Source: Cyanidioschyzon merolae
Lineage: Eukaryota
NCBI GenBank assembly: GCA_000091205.1
Contig: AP006483.2
DNA length: 64,000 nucleotides
Direction: 5' to 3' (one strand)
This document shows, piece by piece, positions 43,374-55,213 of the stretch. The notes under the pieces were generated by a model. The model did no database searches and was not told where the DNA came from. It saw only the letters and a program-made list of their open reading frames with translations. The translations under genes were made by a program, and so were the position numbers. Position 1 is the stretch's first letter. Every line of letters starts with the position of its first letter.

Positions 43374-46300
43374 CTATGGCGCAGATTCGGTGCCCGTGGA
43401 GGAAGATTTGGACTTCTCGGTGGACTTGTTGCGCTTTTTGATGCTGCTTTTTGGTTGTTTCAGCGCTTCGGATTTGGCTGGCTTGCTGGCGCTTTTCTCT
43501 TGGCGTGCAGCAGCCGTAGACCCGCTTCCAGCACTTGCGCGTTTGCCGGCAGCTCCTGGGGACGTTGCCGCCGCTCTGGTCGTAGAGCTGCGCTTCGAAC
43601 GAGTTTTGCGCACAGTCTTTGGTGAGTTTGGCGCAGCGTTTCCATCCAAAGCGGATGTGCGGGACTCGTTGCCAGAAGGTTCCAAAGTTTCGGAGCGTGC
43701 TTGTTTCACGGACGGCGACGCGGTCATATCCACACTGGCCGCCGAACGCTCGGGCTGCTCATCACGCCCGGTCGGACGTGGTGCAGCCTCTGCTGACTTT
43801 GTGGGCACACGCTCGGAGGCGTGTTGCTGCGCAAGCTGGTGCTCAGAGGGATGTTGTGTAATCGATTTTGCGGACGATCCCGGAGCCTCGGACGGTTCTT
43901 CGGCACAAGCTGGCGACGTTACATTGGCATCCGTACGCTGCACATCACCGGCGCCATTTCTGCGTAAAGGCAAGTCCAGTGAATCGATACTGTTTCGGGT
44001 AGAGGCCTCTGTCCATGTCGGTCCTCCACGTGCTGCGACTGCGAGCGGCGACTTCTCATGCTTGTCTGCTTCAGTCGCTGCTGCGGATTCCCGTGGTGCG
44101 TCGACGACACGCGTCTGTGGCGGCGTGTCCTGTTCGACATGTGATGGCGAGCGGAAGCGTTCAGCCTGCCTTGCATCTGGTATCGCCTGCTTTGGAGCCG
44201 TTCCAGTGGTCTGTCGTCCACCAGCGGTATGATCTGAGGGTTTTTGTTCGAAACGCGAGGGTCTTGCACTGTCCACAGGTACAGGCGTGTTCGCGCTTGC
44301 TGCTTCAGCGGCTTGAGCTGTGGCAGCTAGCGAGGCTCCTGGCAGCGTCTCTGGCGCCGTGGTAATGGGTGCTGGATGCTGCTGCTGCTGCTGCTGCTTC
44401 TCCTGGGATAGCGGATTCTCTCGAACGGCCGACTGCTGGCACGTTTCGGATGCGGAGCTTGCTCGATCCTGAGCGTCTGCTCTTGTGTGGGTTTCTGCGC
44501 CCATTATGGAGGACGATGCATTCGGTACTTTGCCTGCTGATTCATTGGACACACCGGACTTTGGCGATGAGGGCGGTGCGCTGCTTGCTAGGTTTGTCGT
44601 CGCGGATTCGATAACGTCTGTTTCCGAAACTTTCCTGTTCGGCGCTTCTGCGGTGCGCGCGCGCCCAGCTGCTGCTGTCGAAAGTGGTGCGTGTAGAGTG
44701 GCTTCATCATCACTGGACGTGGCTGATTTTTGCTTTGTTTGAAAAGCCTCGAGCGCCCTCAGAACATGAGATTCTAGATCTTTGCTCCAAGCAGCATGCA
44801 CCATATCGGGATTCCACGGTAGAAAAGGGCATCTGCGCAGTGCGGTAAGCGTTTCCTGGCTCTTGGCATGCTTCTGGCGCCAGTGCCGCTCGATCTCGCA
44901 CACTAACTCGCCAACGGACCCACCGTCGTGCATTTTCTTCGCAATCTGGCGAATCAGAGACATATTGGCTCGAACCAAAGCCATCGCTTCGACAAATGCC
45001 CAGCGCAGGGTGAAATCCTCCCAGTCGATTCGCTGGAGATCCGAGACGTCGTCACCAGGGCTTGAACGCTTATCCATCTGGGCGCTCAGCGTCCGAATCT
45101 GGATTCCAAGACTCTCCTTGACAAAGATTCGGGCCTGACGAGTCTCGCTCTCTATGAGTTCCTGATCAAAGCAACATTCCGCCGCAGTGCGCGAAAGCAG
45201 CCAAACTGTGAGCAAGGCTATATGCTCCTCAAGCAGAGGATTCACTTGCTCAGCATCCTTCTGGCGACTGCATTGGTCGGCAACCTTCTTGAACCATTCC
45301 AGGCAAAGGCGAGCCCGTGGGCGGAAGGCAAAGTCCGGAATTCCAAGCAGATAGGCAACCACAAAAGACGCTGCGTCGCAAAACGCCTCGCGCTCGCGAT
45401 TGCCGCCTACGATGCGACGTATGCCCTTGTCCACCGTGTCGGAGATCCGGCCTTGGAAAAGGAATACGAAACGATCAAGCGCATAGGAGCCAAATAGCAA
45501 CGTAAGAACGAGTGTTTCCTCGCTGCCATGTCGATGAAAAATAATAGGATCGATGATTTCTCCAAGAATCGCCAAGCTAGAAAACGCCAGAAACCCGAGC
45601 CCAACAGATGCTTGCACTAGTTCTTCACGAGGGTTCGACGGCAGCGGCGGGAGCGCACTATACGCTGCCGCACCAGCCGGATCACGACACCAGATGCTGC
45701 GCATCGAGGGCGAATTCGAGAATCGAATCCGAGGCGGCGGATGAGTATTCAAAATTCGCTCTTGTTCAATGCCAAATGCCTGGATCGCGCCGAGGTCCCA
45801 TAAACGGAGCAAAAGCAAGGCGAACCCGAACCCGAAATTTTCATCCAGCGCGCGCCGGATCCGTTGGCCATCGAGCTCCACAGACGGTGCCCGAATGACC
45901 GCATCCACTAAGAGCAGAACGAGCTCGTCGCTTTGTTTTGTATCAAGATCGCGTACCTGAGAATCACGTTGCATCTCTTCCAAAAGCGCCAGTATCGAAT
46001 CCAGTGACAGTGGCGTTGGCGAACTATCGCTGTAGTTGCTCGAGCCCGAACGGCTACAGACCGCTTCCAGTGCTGTTTTGTACGCAGTAGAACGCGGCAA
46101 ACCTTGGAGGATCTGCTGCAGCGTGCTTTTAGACTCGTCTGCTGAGTCTCTCAAAGTGCCGGGGAATAAACCTCGCGCTTGCTCTTGGAGGCGGCTGTCT
46201 TCTGCAGGCGTTTTCGCCCAAACGTCAAAGGCGCGTCGCTGTCGAGCGCCACACGCGCGCCTCCAATCCGTACAAGACTTGCGAGACCAGGTATAATAAT

Positions 46301-46550
46301 TAATTTGGCAGGTCCACCTGCAGAGCATCCCTCCAGAGGTGCGCGCATCATTTGAAATGCGCAGCGCCCTAGGCGCCGTCACCGTGAAGGCCACGAGCGT
46401 AGTTGGTGAGCGCCCACGTCGCGGCGTCGGCGCCTTGCTCCACAGAGACAGCGTTCCAGAAAAGTTTTTGTAGACGTTGTCACGCTTGCGGTCCATGATT
46501 CCGTGAAAAAAACAGCTGTAAACGTTCGGCAGGAGGCGTCTCGGGCGCAC
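43374..46550 (-). CDS. Hypothetical 1058-aa protein: ~600-aa helical N-terminal region plus ~450-aa A/S/P/Q-rich disordered tail containing a poly-Q run (QQQQQQ).
   Basis: Single 3.2 kb ORF; no diagnostic motif recognised. Confidence 0.4.
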   Translation of the reverse strand: MRPRRLLPNVYSCFFHGIMDRKRDNVYKNFSGTLSLWSKAPTPRRGRSPTTLVAFTVTAPRALRISNDARTSGGMLCRWTCQINYYTWSRKSCTDWRRACGARQRRAFDVWAKTPAEDSRLQEQARGLFPGTLRDSADESKSTLQQILQGLPRSTAYKTALEAVCSRSGSSNYSDSSPTPLSLDSILALLEEMQRDSQVRDLDTKQSDELVLLLVDAVIRAPSVELDGQRIRRALDENFGFGFALLLLRLWDLGAIQAFGIEQERILNTHPPPRIRFSNSPSMRSIWCRDPAGAAAYSALPPLPSNPREELVQASVGLGFLAFSSLAILGEIIDPIIFHRHGSEETLVLTLLFGSYALDRFVFLFQGRISDTVDKGIRRIVGGNREREAFCDAASFVVAYLLGIPDFAFRPRARLCLEWFKKVADQCSRQKDAEQVNPLLEEHIALLTVWLLSRTAAECCFDQELIESETRQARIFVKESLGIQIRTLSAQMDKRSSPGDDVSDLQRIDWEDFTLRWAFVEAMALVRANMSLIRQIAKKMHDGGSVGELVCEIERHWRQKHAKSQETLTALRRCPFLPWNPDMVHAAWSKDLESHVLRALEAFQTKQKSATSSDDEATLHAPLSTAAAGRARTAEAPNRKVSETDVIESATTNLASSAPPSSPKSGVSNESAGKVPNASSSIMGAETHTRADAQDRASSASETCQQSAVRENPLSQEKQQQQQQHPAPITTAPETLPGASLAATAQAAEAASANTPVPVDSARPSRFEQKPSDHTAGGRQTTGTAPKQAIPDARQAERFRSPSHVEQDTPPQTRVVDAPRESAAATEADKHEKSPLAVAARGGPTWTEASTRNSIDSLDLPLRRNGAGDVQRTDANVTSPACAEEPSEAPGSSAKSITQHPSEHQLAQQHASERVPTKSAEAAPRPTGRDEQPERSAASVDMTASPSVKQARSETLEPSGNESRTSALDGNAAPNSPKTVRKTRSKRSSTTRAAATSPGAAGKRASAGSGSTAAARQEKSASKPAKSEALKQPKSSIKKRNKSTEKSKSSSTGTESAP

Positions 46551-49104
46551 CTCTTACCCAGCGGTCGCACAAGCGGCCCAGACGCTGTGCAGCTATCGCC
46601 ACATGAAACGAGATTCGCGCGCGCATGGACACGCGCGCTTTTCAAACTTGGACACTTGCGGACAAGAGAGATATTTCGTGTCTTCGGCATTCTCGACCAA
46701 ATAAGCGGCCGAAAGTGCACTTCAACGGGATGAAAAATTATTCTATTGGGAGTAGGGTAATAGATGCTCTGGCTTACCGAATAAATCTGCCGCTTGGCTT
46801 CTTCGTTGAGAGAAAGGACGATAAGCGGGACGACTTGACCCCAGGGGGAACTTCCCGTCGTCAACTTGAAGCTGGGCGCTTTCCACCAGGACCCTAATCG
46901 CGAACGAATAAAGTCCCTCGTCTCACATTGCTTTAACCTTGTCAACTGAAAGCAAGGGGAAGCCAGCACTCTCGCGAATTTCCGAAAACTGGGGAGTCGC
47001 TCTTCCGATTCTTGACCCAGTTCACGCGATGGACTGTTTCCCTCTTACGGACACAGAAAAGAATTGGTAAAAATTGTCAAGAATCGGACGATCGAAGGGC
47101 CAAAAATGCGCTCCCTTTCATGCATAGAAAAAATTGTACGCCTGAACCATCGTCTGGACCGTCAGGAAAGGTAGCGGCTTCGAGAGAGCCATCGGCGCAA
47201 GTCTCAGGTCGATCGTTGATGAATACGATCGTCTTTGACCCTTGATGAACGGAAGGACGAACCGGAGGGAAGGACCTGTGAGTTTCGACGATGGTGGATA
47301 TCTGTGGGATGACGCAGATGCTCGCGGCGCTTTCGATTCCGAAGGCGACGATCGCCACGAATCATATCCAGATGAATGCTGGGTGTCGCGTCGCTTATTA
47401 TATCAAGCTGAGGTACGGAAGCGAAATCAAGGGCGTCTAGAGAGAGGGATTGTTTGTGCCGTACGAACTCAAACGCTTGCGAGTCTCGACGTTCTCCTCT
47501 TCCAGAGCGATTGAGAAGGGAAACCTGGGATGAAATTGGCGCGCTGAAATCGCGGAATATCGAAGCAAGTACTTTCCGAAGGCTTCTCTCTGACTGAAGC
47601 ATCTATCCAAGACGCGTATGGCCGTTCCTCTGAACTATAAAATAATGGAAAAGAGTGCAAACACTTCGGATACCTGGATAGAATAGAATGGAACCGGCCC
47701 AATAGGTCAACGCCGCCCCAAGACGTTCTGTCTCCTGTCGACGAGGCGTCGTATCCCAATTCGTCATGTTCCTTCCAGTTACTTGATCATCATGGGCATT
47801 CTACGACGCCATGGTACCGTGGACATGAAAGAAAGCGGAAGGAAATTGAATGAGTAAATGTAGACTAAGGTTTACCAGGAAAACCTCAATATCAAAGCTG
47901 CTGAAACTATAAACAGTCTATTCGGTTTCCAGCTTCTCTCGGATGGACACGGTGCCAGTGTTCAACTGAGCGCACCGCTGCATATTTCGAGGGAAATGGG
48001 AGACGACAAAAGCTGTTCGCCTCTGAGGGATAAGCAACGTCTCATGGGCGAGAACCCGGGTCTTCCAGACGCGGTCACCTTGGTGGACACGAGTCCCGGA
48101 TAAGAAACGCGTCATTACACCAGCAGAAGACACGACCAGGAGGCGAGGTTCGTTTACAGCGCAGGGGAAACGCAAGAAAAAGAACCAATGGAGAGAGGAT
48201 GTGACTGCTCGTCTCCTCATTTGTGAACCGACGAAATCTGCTTTCAAAACCAACCTGAGAACGGATTTGCGTGTGTCCCCTGAACGACTGAGACAACGAG
48301 CTCGTTCTGGATACCAGTGAACGAGATGCTCCCGGTCACATGTTTGAAAAGGAACCAATGCCTGGGATCTGCACCCTCTTTTGGTACCGAATGGCGAAAA
48401 GACCGTCATCGAATTCTGGAACCAGGATGCAGGAGCCAAGCGTTCGATATCCCATCATAGATCCGGTGTGCGGAAATCGACCAAACAGAAGTTTGGGGGA
48501 ATGCCGGATATGCGTCTTGGAGACATCGATGAATGCGGACGTGCCTGACGTGTTCTTGTTGCGGAATTCACCTCACGAACATAAAAGAACGATGACGAGG
48601 GCTATTTCCAATGGAGAAAAGAATGCGAAAGAAAGAAGGTCCTATCTTGCTCAGATCCACAGAGTGCTGCACTGAAAGCGAATAAGGTGCAGGGGTCTGG
48701 GAGAATCTCCCAGCCGAGGCACCACGTGGAATTGTGACGACAAGGAATGCCACAACATTCCTGAGCTGCTACAGATCAGCGTGAGACGAGGCCAACATCG
48801 TGCACCATTTCGTCACGCGATAGGAAACAAAAAATCATCGCCCAGAGGCAAAAAGCCGCAGCATCCTTCCTGACCAAAAGACTCGAGGCGAGCGACAGGT
48901 TATGTACTCCTGGGTTTCTTATATAGTAAGCGTTATATTTTGATTCAGTCATACAGGAGCAAGTGAGATGACACGACTGCCCCACAATTTTCGATCATGC
49001 CAGAATGCTCAGCGCAACTCAGTTCGACCTGCGTTAGAACAAAACGGAGACGGACCCACTTGGTTGACTCGGGCGTCCACTCAAAGGTTTCGATTTCTTC
49101 CGAA

Positions 49105-49528
49105 AATCATCACCATGAACCTGTGGAGGTATCTCCTGAGACCGATTACCTTTCCGCTCTCTTATCTCTGGCTTGAAATACGTCGGTTTCTCCTTAGACT
49201 CATGCATCATTCATTGCAACGGAAGGCTGATTGCAGCGCGAACCTCCTGATTTCGCCGCTTCAAACAGACGGTGATGCGTCTCATGCTAGGGCAAAAATT
49301 GCGATCTACGCATCACTTTCCATCTCCATCTTCTCTGTATACAGCTTCTGTACGCCCTTCGCAGCAGCAGCACTAGAATGCAGTGCATTGTTCCAGTGTG
49401 CCGACTACATCTCGTCGTCCGCGCACCAACCTCTCTCGCGTGAACGCTTTTCTCGTTGCTCGCTACATGCCCTTGACAGTTGCAGAAGGATAACATTGAT
49501 ACTCGCATTCGCTTCGACTCCGGTGTGA
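49105..49528 (+). CDS. P-family small ORF, copy P3 (~140 aa from ATG).
   Basis: MNLWRYLLRPITFPLSYLWLEIRRFLLRLMHHSLQRKADCSANLL...ARAKIAIYASLSISIFSVYSFCTPF... aligns with P1 and P2. The conserved 5' flank (actcgggcgt...catcaccatgaacc) matches the P1 flank. Confidence 0.3.
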
Positions 49529-49843
49529 TACCTGAATAACATATGGTTTCTCTGAACGTTCGCCTTGGCGAGTACGCTATCCGCTTCGCGCGCAGGCCTT
49601 CGGTGTTCCATTCGATCAAGGATTTGCGCAACGCGATGCTTCTTACGATGACCCAGGTACCGCGAGCAACATCCAGGCTGTAAACCAAGCGACCCAGTTT
49701 TGGTCTATCTGCGGCCACTTCGTCCGAAGCGGTAATGCACGCTCCACGAGCAGTGATTACTACGATGACGAAAGTCCAAGTCCGAGACCCCATTCCACGG
49801 AAACAGGAAAATGGGTCTCTCCGGGACCATCTCTCGAGAGGGG

Positions 49844-49997
49844 TATCACGCTGCTGTTGAATGCCGTTTCGTCGATACACACCAAGGGCGGATCTTGTAG
49901 CTTTCGAACAGAACAGATTATATCACGCTGCTGTTGAATGCCGTTTCGTCGATACACACCAAGGGCGGATCTTGTAGCTTTCGAACAGAACAGATTA
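49844..49997. repeat. Perfect tandem duplication, 2 x 77 bp.
   Basis: tatcacgctgctgttgaatgccgtttcgtcgatacacaccaagggcggatcttgtagctttcgaacagaacagattat occurs twice with no mismatch. Confidence 0.9.
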
Positions 49998-50941
49998 TTT
50001 GGCATGAGAGGCCCTGTGAGCCTTCTGCAACAATTTGTGAACCAGGCGTCAAGGGAACGCCTCGCGTTTTCTGTCCCTCGTGGGTCTAGCGGCACGACAT
50101 GCTGCGTTCACCAGGTGATATGAAAGATGGAAAACTTGAAGAATGCATGATTTGCGCATGCTGCACGCAAGGAACCGAGAAGATAAAATCCTTGTACATT
50201 TTCAGTGGATAATGATTTCGATTAGGGCACGAACCCGTATTCGAGGGCGTGGTGAATCATGCTGTATTCCGCGGACATAACGCATTCCAATGGACGATTT
50301 GAAAGAGCGCCGCTCTGAGTAGACGACCGAGAATCCTGGAAACGCGTACAACTCTGTAATCTCTTATTGCAATGAATGGAAAATCGAGTCCGTGTATCTA
50401 ACGAGGTTCGCAAAAATCGAAAAGCAAGAACATCACAGGCATTCCAGAGCTCCAGTCTGAAACGGATGCAGCGCTCGAGATCTGATCAGCTTGCTTGTCG
50501 TACCCTTGATCTACAGCGCGTCTGAGGTGGCTTGCATCAAAGTTTTCCACATGCCGAGCTCCTGCTTGTCAAGGAGAATCGTCGGCCATTCGAAGCGTCC
50601 GAGTGCAGCGCCTCATCCTCTGTGCGTATGGCTGTGTCTCTACGTGCTGGTTCTTGTTGCCATATATCGACAACGACAGTGAAGCTCGTCGAACACAACA
50701 CCTCTGGTGACGGCAATGACGACAAATGAAGGTGAACCTTTCAAAGAAGTTAGCTGCAGGGAAGCAGCAGCATGGGAACGGCTCTCCAGGTGGTCCAGTA
50801 CTTGCCGGGGCGCGGGTGACGCCCAGTGACACCGTCATAGCGGAAATACCTCACCAGTTCAAGCTTCAGACCGAGTTGCAGTCAATCAGTTCGCTTTGGG
50901 TGCATTTATCCGAGTTGGAGTTTCGGTTTTTTTTCCAGTTT

Positions 50942-53900
50942 TCAAGGCTTGAAAGCCACACGCATGCGAAGTGTTGATAAGAGCGCACGAGAGGCTGCTG
51001 AGCCTTGAAGAGCGCTCTCGATTGAACCGAATGTTTCTGCACTAAGCCTGCAGTGCACGACACAAGCACAAAGTAAGAGTAAGCGTGCGTTCAACTTGCA
51101 AAAACTGGAAGTAACGGTTGTCCGCTGAGGTTCATCCGAAAGCTCGGACAGCAGAAAGTCGACCATGCGCCCGGCAAAGACAGCAACCGGGTGGGTGTGG
51201 ACGGCCTCGTCTACCCGAGTGGCTGTACCCGTTGCCGCCAGCGTCTCCCGAAGGAGGTTCCCGTAGCATGGAAGCTCCCACAGCGATGCTGGCGGGGCAA
51301 GCTCGTCGTGACTGTCACCGCAAGCGCATTCCTCTTCAAGTTTGGAGACCAAGCATGGAGTGAGGACGCTAATCAGCAGCTGCATACGTTTCCGGAGCGC
51401 TGTGCGTAAGGTACGCACCAGCGCACGGCGAACCAGCAAGTGCTCAACTGGTGACCCTGCAGCAGAGGCCTCCGCCCACGGCACCGGTTCCAGTGGTGAC
51501 ATCGCGCCGACCGCTTCCACGACGCTTCGCAAAGCGCTGCAAAGCAACTTGTCGATTGCGGCGTTTGCAACATCTTGCTGAGCGTGGCAGGTAGCATGCG
51601 GGAGCAGATGCCAGGCAACACGGCAGGCAGCGATCACGTTCGGTGCCATCAACTGTTCGCCAACGCGGTTTGCTGTGGCTTCATCCAGGCCCTCGCCGGC
51701 CACAGGACCGAGTGCCAGACATTCACTCAAGTACAGGGCCCCTTCTTGACGCAATGTTCCTATCGGATTGCTGTCTGTGACGTTTGTAAAGGCCCATTCG
51801 TACGCATCCAGCAAGCTTCGAATGGTTGCTGCTCGGATGCAGTATCGCGCAGGAGCTGTTTCCGACTTTGACTGTCCGCCGCTGTGATCCGAGTGCCGGG
51901 CTCGCTTCCGGTCCGCATCCCGAACGAGGCCATTGGCGATTATGAGACATCCCAGCAGCTTTGCTGCGATGACGCGCACTGCCTGCGATACCTGCTCCTT
52001 GGCGTCCAGAAAACGGGTCAGCAGGGCCTGCAGGGCCCGGCAGCTGCGTATGAACCGATGATCGCCTTCAATGTGAGATCGAAGCGCCGGCTGGAACAGC
52101 ACCCATTCGCACAGCAGGGCAACTGATTCCATGGTCTGGACACTGCAGTCTGAAGCTCCATCTGAAGCCGTCTCCAGAATGCTTGTCAAGTGCGGCAGCA
52201 GAACTCGGGAGCCGAACACGTCGGCGCCGCGTCCCCAAGCAATAAGTGCCTCAACGGCAGGCACGAACGATTCCACCTGGGCCCCGATTCGAAGAGCTTC
52301 TGAAACGCTACTCAGGCATTCTTCGGAGAGATCTTCCATGAGACTTTTGGGTAGAGCCGAGAGCAACCTCCAGAAGTGCATCACGCTCCTGGTTTCCGCT
52401 CTAGCACCACCGAGCAGTGATGCTTTCTCGCTCGGAAGCGCGTCCACCAATGCGAAGAGCGTTTCCAAGGCAAGCTGCCTTTCGAGGAAGACTCTGCAGT
52501 CGCTATGCTCGCCATCGTATACTACCGCTGCGATGCTTCGATATGTTTCACAGAGAATTACGAACAAAGGCTCTACGAGCTCCTTTTCGCAGCCTCCATG
52601 ATCCCTCTGATTCAGCGAGCTCTCGTCTGCATTGGGATCCTGTTGGGTCAACTCGATCACCGCTTTTCCGAGAACCGCGATGAACTTGCATATGGAGCGC
52701 ACGCACGGAATGCTTATCGGAGGCAAGTTCCTGAGCCAATTCCGCGGTTCGAGCGCCAGCGGCCCCAGCGAGGCGTAAAAGTGCCATGCTGCGACCGCAT
52801 CTAGACGGATGAATTCAACGCACCGAGCCAGTGTGTCCGTGTAACGCAACGGATCCACATCTTCATCCAAGTTGGCATCAAGACCAGTGAAGAAGCTCGG
52901 AAGCAGTAAGCAGGTAAGGCGGCTGTCCATGGTATCACCGGCGCTCATGTAGGGCAATATATCTTCTTGCAGGGAGCATACATCGTACCAGCGTAGAGAC
53001 GGGGATCTACTGACTCCGAGAACGAGCTCTGCGGCCGCTAGCTGGACCCTCCTATTCCTGTCATGGAGACACGTCCGAAGGCCGCGTAGAAGGCCAGTCC
53101 GCAGCGTGGCCTGTGCTAAGGGCTGCTCAAGCACAAGTCGTAAAATTCCGCGGCAAACGCTTTCTCGAACGGTTGCCGAAGCAGCGTCTAGTGCAAGCTC
53201 ACCGGTTAGAAGCTGAAGCAGCTGAACCCGATCAGCGGCCGGAAACAGATCCCAGAAGATGGTCAAGAGGCGGCAGACACCATCCACGGCCAGCTTTCGA
53301 ACAACGGGGCTCTTATCGAAGAGTACACGCGGGAGCACAGCGAACTGTCGTGCAAGCTGGGTATCCAGGTCGTCGAGAACATCGCCGCGAGGCGAGCTCG
53401 GTGCCAGTGTCTTGGTCTGTTCGTCGTCGGAGACGTCCTGCGTGCGCTCGCTGGACTTGAGCTGGAGCAGATCGGTGTCTGAGCCATCTTCTCTCAGCAG
53501 CGGGAAGGCATCGAAGAACAAGTAACAGGCATTCTGTCGGATGCGAGGATTCGTCGAACGCAGAAGAGCCCGATAGATGATCGGCTCGTAGCAGTGTGCA
53601 AGAGCATTATCGACACCAGGCAATCGCTTCTGCGCATGAAACGCTGCGAGAATTTGCCGGCAGACTCGGGCCAGACGTGATGATTTGCTAAGGATGCTCT
53701 TCTCTGCGAAATCTCGGAGACAGAGCTGCTCAAACACACTTCTAGCCAAACCATACTGGAGATTTTCTCGGCAGGCCGCGTGTGCAATGCACCATGCTCG
53801 AAAATAAATTTCAGCGTAGTACTGACAGAGTCGCTTTCCATGCAATTCGAAGATGATACTCTCGATGAAGTGCTTATGAAGCAGTCGTGTCAAATCTTGA

Positions 53901-55213
53901 GAGAGGACGCCACTCAGACAGAGAGCCAGCCACTTGCGCGCGTAAGAATTCTGAACCACGAGTGAATCCTCGAACGCTGCGATCAAACTGGAGACCAGGA
54001 CGTGCTCCGCTGCTTCTGGGGGATCGCTTCCTGCTTCGTTGCCGTGGGCAGTTTTGTTATGATCACGAATGTTCTCCATGGGGATACAGAAGAATGCGTG
54101 TCGGACTTGGTACAAGCGACGAATGGCGTCTTCACGAAGGCTCGCGCGGGATTGGCGTTGCTCTTTGGAGGCGAACCCGCGCGAATCCGGCAAAGCGGGG
54201 AGCGTGCATTCTAGGTAGGTTGCTGGACCCGCTTCGAAGCCGACGTTTCCATATCTACCAGCGGCAACGGCAAGGAGAAAGAGGATCATGTGCGGTCCGA
54301 CGAGGTGACGATCTGCCCAGTTATGGCTCCAGAGGACCTCACAGGTCTCAGCAATGGAATCCTGGACGACTAGCGTCTCCAACGGTGCATCACGCTCGGT
54401 CTCTATTGGAACACGCTCCCGGTCGGCATTCCGCAGCTGATTTTCGCTCATTGTACCAAAATGAAAATTGTCTACAGTCGAAAATGCCGGGGCGACGTCT
54501 TGCATAGCCTCGAAGAGCATGCCCACTCCCTTCGCTTCCGAAGGCGGCGAAGGAGACGTTTTTTGTCTCTCTCGGTGCTCTGCGGTAGAATTATCAGCTA
54601 CGCGAGGCAGGGAGAACATCATGTCATGCAGGACTTGCACAGCCTGAGCAAGGGCTCCGGGCAGACACAGACCGTCTTCGTGCCGATCAAGAGCTGCACT
54701 GAACTCCACGAGCGCTGTCGCTAAGTGCGCAACAGCTCCGACGCACAGGAGTCCTATCATTCGGTAGTCGTCCGCGCCGAGCTCTAGGTGAGGTGCAGAG
54801 ACATACAAGCAGTTGCAGGCGTCGGCAAGAACGTCCAACAGAGCTTCGCAAACAGCCTCGAATCCGTGCTTGCGTGCGAGTCGCCCCAGCAGGAACTGCT
54901 GTTGATCAGAAGCTAGCTCAACAAAAAGGGAAACTATTGCCGGCAAAGCGCGGAGAACGCCAAAGTTCGGCTCTTCATCTTCGAGCGCTGGCGACCGAAC
55001 GTGTGGAAACAACAGATTTTCCAGTGAGGACACGAGATCAGACACATCCTCCACCGCTAGCGAACCCTTTGTTACAGCAGAGCGGCTGTCGTCTGATAGA
55101 CGCTTTTCTGTGACAGAAAGGTCAACGTGAGCAATGTTTCTGCTCATGAACAATTTTCTGCACGACAGCGTCCAGAGAACAGTGTGTGGACTCGGCTGCC
55201 GGTGCCCTGGCAA
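50942..55213 (-). CDS. Large (1423 aa as called) alpha-solenoid HEAT/ARM-like protein; family not assignable (condensin-II D3/G2-like, PDS5-like and TBCD-like are all possible).
   Basis: 4.3 kb uninterrupted ORF with HEAT-like units, for example FDKSPVVRKLAVDGVCRLLTIFWD and CLHDRNRRVQLAAAELVLGVS. The first 7 codons overlap the 3' end of element D, so the real start may be Met23 (about 55147). Confidence 0.6.
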   Translation of the reverse strand: MPGHRQPSPHTVLWTLSCRKLFMSRNIAHVDLSVTEKRLSDDSRSAVTKGSLAVEDVSDLVSSLENLLFPHVRSPALEDEEPNFGVLRALPAIVSLFVELASDQQQFLLGRLARKHGFEAVCEALLDVLADACNCLYVSAPHLELGADDYRMIGLLCVGAVAHLATALVEFSAALDRHEDGLCLPGALAQAVQVLHDMMFSLPRVADNSTAEHRERQKTSPSPPSEAKGVGMLFEAMQDVAPAFSTVDNFHFGTMSENQLRNADRERVPIETERDAPLETLVVQDSIAETCEVLWSHNWADRHLVGPHMILFLLAVAAGRYGNVGFEAGPATYLECTLPALPDSRGFASKEQRQSRASLREDAIRRLYQVRHAFFCIPMENIRDHNKTAHGNEAGSDPPEAAEHVLVSSLIAAFEDSLVVQNSYARKWLALCLSGVLSQDLTRLLHKHFIESIIFELHGKRLCQYYAEIYFRAWCIAHAACRENLQYGLARSVFEQLCLRDFAEKSILSKSSRLARVCRQILAAFHAQKRLPGVDNALAHCYEPIIYRALLRSTNPRIRQNACYLFFDAFPLLREDGSDTDLLQLKSSERTQDVSDDEQTKTLAPSSPRGDVLDDLDTQLARQFAVLPRVLFDKSPVVRKLAVDGVCRLLTIFWDLFPAADRVQLLQLLTGELALDAASATVRESVCRGILRLVLEQPLAQATLRTGLLRGLRTCLHDRNRRVQLAAAELVLGVSRSPSLRWYDVCSLQEDILPYMSAGDTMDSRLTCLLLPSFFTGLDANLDEDVDPLRYTDTLARCVEFIRLDAVAAWHFYASLGPLALEPRNWLRNLPPISIPCVRSICKFIAVLGKAVIELTQQDPNADESSLNQRDHGGCEKELVEPLFVILCETYRSIAAVVYDGEHSDCRVFLERQLALETLFALVDALPSEKASLLGGARAETRSVMHFWRLLSALPKSLMEDLSEECLSSVSEALRIGAQVESFVPAVEALIAWGRGADVFGSRVLLPHLTSILETASDGASDCSVQTMESVALLCEWVLFQPALRSHIEGDHRFIRSCRALQALLTRFLDAKEQVSQAVRVIAAKLLGCLIIANGLVRDADRKRARHSDHSGGQSKSETAPARYCIRAATIRSLLDAYEWAFTNVTDSNPIGTLRQEGALYLSECLALGPVAGEGLDEATANRVGEQLMAPNVIAACRVAWHLLPHATCHAQQDVANAAIDKLLCSALRSVVEAVGAMSPLEPVPWAEASAAGSPVEHLLVRRALVRTLRTALRKRMQLLISVLTPCLVSKLEEECACGDSHDELAPPASLWELPCYGNLLRETLAATGTATRVDEAVHTHPVAVFAGRMVDFLLSELSDEPQRTTVTSSFCKLNARLLLLCACVVHCRLSAETFGSIESALQGSAASRALLSTLRMRVAFKP

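Noticed and set aside
50942-55213. Specific assignment of the 1423-aa HEAT protein (condensin-II NCAPD3/NCAPG2, PDS5, TBCD)
   Set aside because: Only generic HEAT-repeat signatures are visible. No family-specific motif could be confirmed without a profile search.
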